Source of the DNA: Andalucia godoyi And28
Lineage: Eukaryota; Protista; Jakobida
NCBI GenBank assembly: GCA_009859145.1
Contig: VRVR01000035.1
Coordinates: 250,367 to 287,738 of the forward strand
Direction: 5' to 3'
Length of the DNA: 37,372 nt
A program made the translations under genes and the position numbers. Positions within the stretch are counted from its first letter, which is position 1; every line of letters begins with the position of its first letter. The notes under the pieces are model-generated. The model did no database searches, was not told the DNA's origin, and worked only from the letters and a program-made list of their open reading frames with translations. This document shows positions 29,999-37,372 of this stretch, one piece after another.

Positions 29999-32900
29999 AT
30001 GAAATCGACAGCTTCATTTGACTCGGAATACTCGTTGTCCGCGGCTTCAGGATTGCTGGGCTCGTCTTTGCGATCTTCGTCGACAGGAAAACTGTCCTTA
30101 GAGATTCGGCTGTATCATATTGCACGATGGCTGGTCAGTGCCAAGGATCCTGTTCCGCTGGGCGTCCTGTCGTTTGTTATCTGGTTGCTGGACGTTTTGT
30201 TTTTCTCCATGCTCCTCTTGGATCCGGAGCGCGTTGGATGGTACGAACCCGCAAATGGTGCGTTTATTTCGATGTATGCATACACGATTGACTTTTCTCG
30301 AGTCCTTTCATATGAAATTATGTTTACATGCATTGTTGGCCTGTGGATGCTGATTGGATGCGCAATTGTGCTCCTTCTGACAGTTGTTGGTTCCAGTTTG
30401 AAGATTGAAAATGTCCACGAATGGGGGCGTTCGTGGGCGTTTGGAGCGAAATGGACCGTGTTGGTGCTCTCCCGTGTCTTGTTGGTTCCAATCAGTTTGC
30501 TTGCCCTCGCGCCGTTTCGTTGCGCCGACTCGTCTTCGACCGTCGAATATTTCCCGAGTGTGCAGTGTTATGCCACATCTAACGTTGTGCTGATTACATT
30601 TTCAGGACTCTTATTGGTACAAGTCGTTGCGTTTTCGGGATTCATTGACTTGTTTTTCGTGGATGCTGAGATCCAGCGCGGCAACTTCCTTTCCTTGCAG
30701 CACGCAACCTTCAGCGGAAAGTTGCGCGGTCTCTACCTGTTTGCCAAAGTTTTGGCGCTCCTGGTGACCATCATTCCGATCGACATTGGATTTCTTCGTT
30801 TCTGCGTTTTCGCGTGCTGTACGGTCCTTTTATGGAAGTCCATTCACCAGCTGCCGTTTCGTTGTCCTGCCGTGAACAGTCAGTATATCACAGCGTTTCT
30901 GTTTTGCACTTCGTTGTCGTTCTTTTCATTCTTGGCATCGGTTTCGAGAGCGTCTTTCGGCATTTTTGTGACAGCATGCGTTTTTGCCGTGCTCTTGCCT
31001 CTACTGGGTCCTCTTCACGTTGCTCGAAAAAAGGTCCAGATTCAACAGCTCGCTATTCATGTGTCGTGCGTGTTCCCCGGGCTTGCAGATCCGGAAGGAT
31101 TCACGCTTCCAGAATCTCTCGACCTTTTAGAGCAAGAAGAGCTTGCGCGATGGGTGAAACCGCAGTTGTTGCCAATGATGATCCAGCACTTTCTGTTTTC
31201 CAAAAGGGAGACGTCGTCTAGAAGCTCTAGAGTGCTTCCGTCTCCGAGACGGTGCCAGCAGCCGGTTGGTGGCCTAGACGCTGCGGACACGCCGCGTTCA
31301 GATGGATGCACGAGTGCAGCATCTCTTGATTCACTGGATGAGCAGATCGATGATGTTCAAGAGGCTGTCAGGCGAGTTACATTGACGTCTTGGGTGTTGC
31401 GGGAAGTCTCTCGCCAAAGAAACAAGGACTGGTGTTTTGTCGTCGCGCATTCACTCACATTGATGTGGAGATGTGTGGATGAGGAAAACCAAATGCCTGC
31501 GATGCTCCATCGAGCGAAGAATTTGCTTTCCGATGCTGATCCCCTTTCCAAAGGAACTGTGTCTCGATTTGCACTGTACACTGCGCACGCGGTGTTGCAA
31601 AAGGTTTCACATCTCGGTCAATCAGATTCTGTGTTGATGATGATGCAGTTAAATGTTGTTCGCGCAATGGAGCACGAATATCTTCGGAATGTGCATAAAT
31701 TTTGGGATTTTCTCGCGCGTCGAGAAGCCATGCAAGGCGGCGACAGGGAATGCAATCGAAACATCGCATCCTTGGCGAAGTTATTGTCCAGCATTTCCGC
31801 CTGCCGCGAGAATATTCGAAAGGGGTATCGAGATATGCTTCGCTCGTTTCCTCGATCTGTCAGACTTCTCCGATCCATTGCTGCTTACGAGTGGTACGTC
31901 AATGGTAGCTATGATGAGTTTCGCGGGTATTACGCGCTTGCTGACAAGTGCGAAGATGATGCAAGTCAGAAGCGTTCCAGCAAGTCAGCGCGCCGCAACC
32001 CAGCTGGCCGGAACTCCCGGATGGATTCATACGCGTCTCGCCGCCGCCCCCCTGTAGATATTGAGGATGATACTATCAAGCCGAAATCATCCGGCGTTTT
32101 AGATCAAAAGAATGCTGCTGGCACTGGTTCTCGGAACGGGATCGGCCAGAACCGTGACAGTGTGTCGTCTGTTGACATCATTCGATCTCCTGGTGTTCGA
32201 TTCCCTGGGTCATCCAGTCTGGCACAATTGACAGCATTCGCTTCCTCACCATTGGCCAGAAATGAAACGGACCTCAATTCAAACATGGACGGTGATCAGG
32301 AAACATCGGTAACGGACACAATGAGTGAAAACGAGTCTGTGTCTTCTTTTGGGTCTTCCTCCTACAAGAGTTCGGAGATATTACACGGAGACGCCTCTGC
32401 AGAGTACTATCCCAAGCCTTTCCTTGCATCTCCTGCTGCCAAGCGTGACAAGGGCATTGTTTTTCTTCGACTAGCGTTCATTTCTGCCATTATTCTTTTC
32501 CTGTGCGCCACTATTGTGTCGGTAGTTGTCATATCAATGGATATGCAAGTTCAGCACACAGCCATCGCTAACGCCAAAGATGCTGGCACAATCCATCTCG
32601 TGTCCGTGTCTGCGGGTCTTTACTCCCGTCGATATTGGCGAGCACTGATAGAAAGCAATAACGAGACCGCGAAAATTGACAGAGCAAATTTCCACAAGGG
32701 ACAGCTTCGCAACTCGATGGACCTTATGGAAGCGCTTTCAAGTGGTTTATATAGGAAAGACATGGGGTCCACGACTTCTGCCTCCTGGAACGACAAGGCG
32801 AAGTTGGAGGTTGTCGAGTACTTTAGCACACTCGAGAACGGAAATCTGACCCGCACTCGCAGATCCTTGTGGCAGCATGCAGTTGCGTATGTGGCTAATG

Positions 32901-35431
32901 GACGGCAGGTTGGGAAAACGTCCTACTTGGCGTCTTTCAATCTGTCATCAACGTATGAATTCCGGTATGAGGTGGATAATTCGTATTTCTTCGAGGAAGG
33001 ATTTCCCGAACTTACTGCAGCCTATCGAGACGAGGGAATTCATGTTGGAGACAATTCTCGAACTGTCCTGATTGCTTCAACGACTTGCGTATTGTTGTTG
33101 TCCATTTGCTTTGCTGGTTCTGTGTTTGTTTACGCCGGTAGGAAAGTGCTCGAGGATCGAAAGAAGAGATTCGAGCTGTTTTTGAAGTTGCCGAAAAGCG
33201 TGACTTCGAATATGAAGCAAAACTACGCAGCCATGTCAAAGACGCAGAATCGAGAGGCGGATGATCCTGATCTAGAGGGTGTCGATGGCGGGCTCGGAAT
33301 GGGTGGAGGTGCAGGTGGTGGAGGACTGGGAGACTCGGATTCAAATTCTCTACATTCTGCTTCCAGCAAGCGCCAAGGTTCTGTTGTCGGTGCCGGAGCG
33401 AGTTCTTCAATTGCGTCCCATTCTAAACACCGTGAAATCAGCCAGATGCGGAAGCTGACCCTTTTGTTCTTCTTACTATGCGCCTTCTTTGTGCTGACCC
33501 AGGTCATCTTGTTGGTAATGGGTCTTGATCTCAATGTCAAGCTCACCCTGTCGAGTCGTGAGGTTGTCTTGTCGTGTCAACGAACTGCTTTTGCTCATAG
33601 GCTTTCATTCTTGTTGACCGAACTGATGCTCGGCAGTCAGAATGATCGGTACACTGCAGGCGAAATCAAAACACTCATTCGGGAAACTCTCCAGCGAGTC
33701 ATGGATTTGCATTTTGCACTTGTGCAAGGGAGTTCGGCACATGGCGTTCCCGGGTCAGCATCCAGAAGCGGTCGCCACTACCACATTCTCTATGAAGCGC
33801 AATGCAGCGATCTTGCCCAGGTCTACTGCTTGAGCCTCGAGGACCTGCTGACCATCATCCGAACGAACACCGAGGCGTTACTGACAGCGAATCCTTCTAC
33901 ATACGGTAGGAACAACGCTCTTTACCGCAACGTATTGAAGGTTGATGACGATGTGATTTACCATTTTGAGTCAAAGCACCCAACATTTATGCAGGCGATA
34001 GACGTCTATGTGGACGACACGTCTTCCACCACATCCACAGTGTCAACGACCTTGTGGGTTATTCTTGCGATTTCCACTGTGGTCTGGCTCGCATCGTACC
34101 CATTCATATTGCGACCGTGTGTAAATGGACTTGACAGGGAATGCACTTGCGTTGTTGACGTGCTGTCGATGGTACCAGAATTTGGCATTCTTGCGTGTCC
34201 AGATGTGCATCACTTTTTCGAGACTGGCAACTTTGACATGAAATTGACCGACCAGGTGCTGCTCTCCGAGTCTGCGCTTGCGGCCGACGCTTCAAAGGTC
34301 GACAGTACCGCAGTGAACATTGGTTGGACGCTCATGAAGCAGTGTCCGGACGCAGCGATTTTGTTTTGGAATACCTTCACAGTTGAGGCACTCAATCCTG
34401 CGGCCTGCGCACTCCTGGGTATTGCAGACCATTCTCCGCACTTTCATGATCGAGGAATGGCGGGCAGTTCGTCGAGTCTTGTCGGCAAGTCTGTTCTCTC
34501 GATTCTTGAAGAATCTTCACGCAATGAATTTCGCAGCAGTTTTTCCGAGTTCAGTTTCAACACTGCTCGGACACCGTCCATGCAAACGGGTTCGCTACAG
34601 TCCCTGGTACCATCCACCGGAGCGTCCTCTGGAAGTCGAATGTGGGAACTGCAGATTGTTCACTCGTCTGGATCAATCCTGCAAGCTTCGTTTTGCATTG
34701 GTACTCCGCTGACGATTTCTGGAGGCAAATCGGTGTATCTTGCGGTTGTGCATGACGTGACTCGAATCAAGCAACAAGAGTATCTCTTAAAAAGAGAAAA
34801 GGAGCGTGCCGAAACGATGCTCTACCAGATGATTCCGAAAGTGTTTGCTCAGCGCATCCGCAACGGAGAGACAAGGATTGCCGACCAGATGGAATCAGTG
34901 ACGGTTCTCTTTGCAGATTTGTGTGGATTTACGTCCATGTCCGCCAAGCAAACTCCATCACAAACAGTCGAAATGCTGGACACACTTTTTACGAAGTTTG
35001 ACATGTTGTGTGAGACTCATGGAGTTCTGAAAGTCAAGTCAATCGGAGATTGCATTATGGTTGCTTGCGGAGTGTACCGGGAGCCGGATCACGTTGTCCG
35101 ATGCCTTCGATTCGGCCACGGTCTTCTTGCCGCGATCCAAGAATACAATGCGTCGCATTCAGCGTCGCTTCAAATGCGAGTTGGAATGGCGACCGGACCC
35201 GTCATTGTTGGCATTATCGGTGCAAAGATGCCAATTCTCGATCTCTTCTCGGATACGGTCAACCTGGCATCTCGAATGGAATCCACGGGTGTGCCAGGAC
35301 GGATTCAAATCGCCCGCCCGAGCTACGAACAAGTGGCTACGCACCCGGATTTCACATTTGAAGAACGAGAAGTTAACGTCAAGGGCAAAGGAGTCCTCTC
35401 AACGTATCTGGCCATTAGTAATAGTTCCTAG
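29999..35431 (+). CDS. Multi-pass membrane class III adenylate cyclase with TmcB/TmcC-like TM/TPR region and PAS domain, 1810 aa, intronless
   Basis: N-terminal TM bundle, TPR-like FPRSVRLLRSIAAYEW, further TM helices, PAS (PDAAILF...NPAACALLG...LVGKSV...HSSGS...VVHDVT), signalling helix EKERAETMLYQMIP and cyclase core (VLFADLCGFT, KVKSIGDC, LDLFSDTVNLASRMESTG, VKGKG). Confidence 0.9.
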   Translation: MKSTASFDSEYSLSAASGLLGSSLRSSSTGKLSLEIRLYHIARWLVSAKDPVPLGVLSFVIWLLDVLFFSMLLLDPERVGWYEPANGAFISMYAYTIDFSRVLSYEIMFTCIVGLWMLIGCAIVLLLTVVGSSLKIENVHEWGRSWAFGAKWTVLVLSRVLLVPISLLALAPFRCADSSSTVEYFPSVQCYATSNVVLITFSGLLLVQVVAFSGFIDLFFVDAEIQRGNFLSLQHATFSGKLRGLYLFAKVLALLVTIIPIDIGFLRFCVFACCTVLLWKSIHQLPFRCPAVNSQYITAFLFCTSLSFFSFLASVSRASFGIFVTACVFAVLLPLLGPLHVARKKVQIQQLAIHVSCVFPGLADPEGFTLPESLDLLEQEELARWVKPQLLPMMIQHFLFSKRETSSRSSRVLPSPRRCQQPVGGLDAADTPRSDGCTSAASLDSLDEQIDDVQEAVRRVTLTSWVLREVSRQRNKDWCFVVAHSLTLMWRCVDEENQMPAMLHRAKNLLSDADPLSKGTVSRFALYTAHAVLQKVSHLGQSDSVLMMMQLNVVRAMEHEYLRNVHKFWDFLARREAMQGGDRECNRNIASLAKLLSSISACRENIRKGYRDMLRSFPRSVRLLRSIAAYEWYVNGSYDEFRGYYALADKCEDDASQKRSSKSARRNPAGRNSRMDSYASRRRPPVDIEDDTIKPKSSGVLDQKNAAGTGSRNGIGQNRDSVSSVDIIRSPGVRFPGSSSLAQLTAFASSPLARNETDLNSNMDGDQETSVTDTMSENESVSSFGSSSYKSSEILHGDASAEYYPKPFLASPAAKRDKGIVFLRLAFISAIILFLCATIVSVVVISMDMQVQHTAIANAKDAGTIHLVSVSAGLYSRRYWRALIESNNETAKIDRANFHKGQLRNSMDLMEALSSGLYRKDMGSTTSASWNDKAKLEVVEYFSTLENGNLTRTRRSLWQHAVAYVANGRQVGKTSYLASFNLSSTYEFRYEVDNSYFFEEGFPELTAAYRDEGIHVGDNSRTVLIASTTCVLLLSICFAGSVFVYAGRKVLEDRKKRFELFLKLPKSVTSNMKQNYAAMSKTQNREADDPDLEGVDGGLGMGGGAGGGGLGDSDSNSLHSASSKRQGSVVGAGASSSIASHSKHREISQMRKLTLLFFLLCAFFVLTQVILLVMGLDLNVKLTLSSREVVLSCQRTAFAHRLSFLLTELMLGSQNDRYTAGEIKTLIRETLQRVMDLHFALVQGSSAHGVPGSASRSGRHYHILYEAQCSDLAQVYCLSLEDLLTIIRTNTEALLTANPSTYGRNNALYRNVLKVDDDVIYHFESKHPTFMQAIDVYVDDTSSTTSTVSTTLWVILAISTVVWLASYPFILRPCVNGLDRECTCVVDVLSMVPEFGILACPDVHHFFETGNFDMKLTDQVLLSESALAADASKVDSTAVNIGWTLMKQCPDAAILFWNTFTVEALNPAACALLGIADHSPHFHDRGMAGSSSSLVGKSVLSILEESSRNEFRSSFSEFSFNTARTPSMQTGSLQSLVPSTGASSGSRMWELQIVHSSGSILQASFCIGTPLTISGGKSVYLAVVHDVTRIKQQEYLLKREKERAETMLYQMIPKVFAQRIRNGETRIADQMESVTVLFADLCGFTSMSAKQTPSQTVEMLDTLFTKFDMLCETHGVLKVKSIGDCIMVACGVYREPDHVVRCLRFGHGLLAAIQEYNASHSASLQMRVGMATGPVIVGIIGAKMPILDLFSDTVNLASRMESTGVPGRIQIARPSYEQVATHPDFTFEEREVNVKGKGVLSTYLAISNSS

Positions 35432-36111
35432 TCGTTCTCATCAGTGGGCTACTCCGTCTCCTCATTCAGACGCTCTCCGACGCGATTCAGATCCTCCATT
35501 GTCTTCATCAAGTGTTGTACATGAACAAGGCTAGTCTGTCATGCTACTTGATTACTGAAGATGAATAGTGATAGTACCAGTGTCGATCGTCGACCGCTTC
35601 GTCGCTAGACTACGGTCGATTGACATAAAACACTTTGTCAATCAGTTATTATACTCCACCACACTCTTTTCACTCCGTCAACACTAGATGCATTGCAGTT
35701 GCATGGCGTGCATCGTCTCTCCATCCCACTGCATCAGTAAGCAATAAACACACACGTTCATTCATGCTGAATTGATTCATTCACGTACTGCAGCCCACAC
35801 AACCACTGTAGTGGACACCCGACGCAGACACCCCGACTCCGTGCCGATCGGCACGCAGAAATCGACCGACTGCTTGGCAGACTGCCATGGTCCAGGGGGC
35901 CGGTCGGTACATTCATTTTTCTGGCCCTCCTTCTCCTCTCGCATCTCACTCTCTCCCAACGACCATGAAAACCCGCGTCATGCGCTTGTCTTCTTCCACG
36001 TCTGCTGGCTTAGCATAAAATCACTTTATTCGCATCTCATTCTCCCTTCCTCTTTTTTATTCCCAGAAACCATTAACTCCCATACATTCCAGCCACCCAG
36101 TGCCACACACC

Positions 36112-36676
36112 ATGCAGGTCCCCGCATCGACCGTGTCCATCGAGGAGATCGACTTCCGCTGCGATCTCGACTACGTGGCCATCCTCTTCCGCAGCCTGGT
36201 GCACATCCGGCCCACGGCCATCACCGTCTTCTCCAACTTCACGCGCCGGGACGTCTACTGCTTCTATTGACGACGTGGATAGTAAGGTCGTGTTTGTGAT
36301 GCAGCGTATTGTGAATGTGTTTCCGGAAGGTGGACGAATTCCATTCTCAAACGGTACTTGGGGAACGGAACGACCTGAATTATCCCAGTTTTTGCAGCAA
36401 CATGTGGGGAAAGTCCTCAACGAGCTCTCACCGAGTGTATCGAAAGATACCTTTATTCTTACAGGGAGTATGCCCCAGTATTGTGCGTTTGAGATTGGAC
36501 GTCAGGCTGGAACCCTTAACCGTATTCTTGGTTTCCTTCATACCCGGTCTGGTAACCAATTTTGGAGAACTATGCAGGACTCGGTTCAAGATCAAAATCA
36601 GTCGGCTGCTCAATCAACCGTTCCCTCTCCATCTTTACATGTGGCCTCCAAAGTGATGTTGGATTATAAACAATAA
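36112..36676 (+). pseudogene. Frameshifted ORF pair (36112-36270 and ~36266-36676) encoding a putative SAVED-like domain
   Basis: The second frame contains TFILTGSMPQYCAFEIGRQAG, matching the SAVED-type pattern hhhxxxPxxxAFxhG, preceded by a strand-strand-helix arrangement. The first frame has strong codon bias (49/52 GC3). Removing one base near 36265 fuses them. By-eye call only. Confidence 0.45.
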
Positions 36677-36875
36677 ATAAAATACACCGATTTATTTAAT
36701 ATTTAAAGCACAACGAAAGAAAAGAGAAAAACAAACAGACAAACAGACAAACAGACAAACAGACAAACAGACAAACAGACAAACAGACAAACAGACAAAC
36801 AGACAAACAGACAAACAGACAAACAGACAAACAAACAAACAAAGGTGTAGCATCTACAGCTGGCACCACCACACA
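36657..36875 (-). repeat. Putative 3' LTR of the gypsy element (TGT...ACA, internal octamer array, AATAAA)
   Basis: Begins TGTGTGG just after the pol stop and a short GAGGGG purine run; AATAAA at 36696-36691; ends CCAACA. Boundaries are unconfirmed without the 5' LTR. Confidence 0.35.
36731..36842. repeat. Octamer tandem array (ACAAACAG)12 followed by (ACAA)4
   Basis: Read directly from the sequence. Confidence 0.95.
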
Positions 36876-36880
36876 GCCCC

Positions 36881-37372
36881 TCAGAGCTTGATGCTAGGAC
36901 GATCACTCAAGTAAGTCTCCAACGCTTCAAGCTCTCTGACCTCACTATAGGGAAGCCAGCTGTCGTCGTCCGCGTTGTACCCACTCCAGCGAACCCGAAA
37001 CTCAAAATCGCGTTTCGACTTTCCTCGATGTTCGACAATGCTTTCCACAACATACTCATCCGAATCTACAGAAGCAATCTGGAGTGCGTCTTCGGTCGAC
37101 GTCATGTCGTACGGCTTTAGACGAGACACGTGCAGATCATTAGTTCGCAGAGACGTGAGATCTTGGCATGTGTAAATGTTTCCATTCCGGGACACCACCA
37201 ACATAGGGCCTTTCCATTTAGGCGTCAGCTTTGAAGGTGGCCTTTCGGGGTAGCTTACCAGAACGTAGTTGCCTACGGTAAAGGAAATAGGATCCGCAGC
37301 TAATTTCAGCCTCTTTTCGACAATAGTCTTTTGATATTCTTGACTAGCCGCAATTGCGACTTTTGTACATTA
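36881..37372 (-). mobile_element. Ty3/gypsy chromovirus-type LTR retrotransposon, integrase C-terminus plus chromodomain (continues beyond the window)
   Basis: The frame reads FTVGNYVLV...PSKLTPKWKGPM (GPY/F module), LHVSRLKPY and chromodomain EYVVESIVEHRG...EFRVRWSGYNADDDSWLP. There is an in-frame TAA at 37372-37370. Confidence 0.92.

Noticed and set aside
36731-36842. Regular repeat array considered as CRISPR or telomere
   Set aside because: Perfect head-to-tail octamers with no spacers; not a recognised telomeric unit and unique sequence lies on both sides.

Overview
Gene-dense, intron-poor eukaryotic nuclear DNA. It probably comes from a flagellated, mitochondriate protist (inference from CFAP77, a mitochondrial PDH subunit and short spliceosomal introns with GTAYGT donors); the species cannot be named from sequence alone. 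About 17 protein-coding genes can be supported: a Nudix hydrolase, a catalytically dead PDH E2 paralog (E3BP/PDHX-like), a TLC-domain membrane protein, OTU1/YOD1, WDR7, a WDR53-like protein, a coiled-coil protein, GOT1, CFAP77, three small paralogous orphans, a low-complexity Zn-finger protein, CABLES, a GT11 fucosyltransferase, a membrane-anchored TAP-like hydrolase and a 1810-aa TmcB-like PAS adenylate cyclase. The right end holds a frameshifted ORF pair resembling a SAVED cyclic-oligonucleotide sensor domain and the 3' end of a chromodomain Ty3/gypsy retrotransposon. The two best leads are the SAVED-like locus just downstream of the cyclase and the cluster of three orphan proteins sharing an unrecognised ~45-aa helical motif. 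All family calls are by-eye motif recognition; no database search was run.
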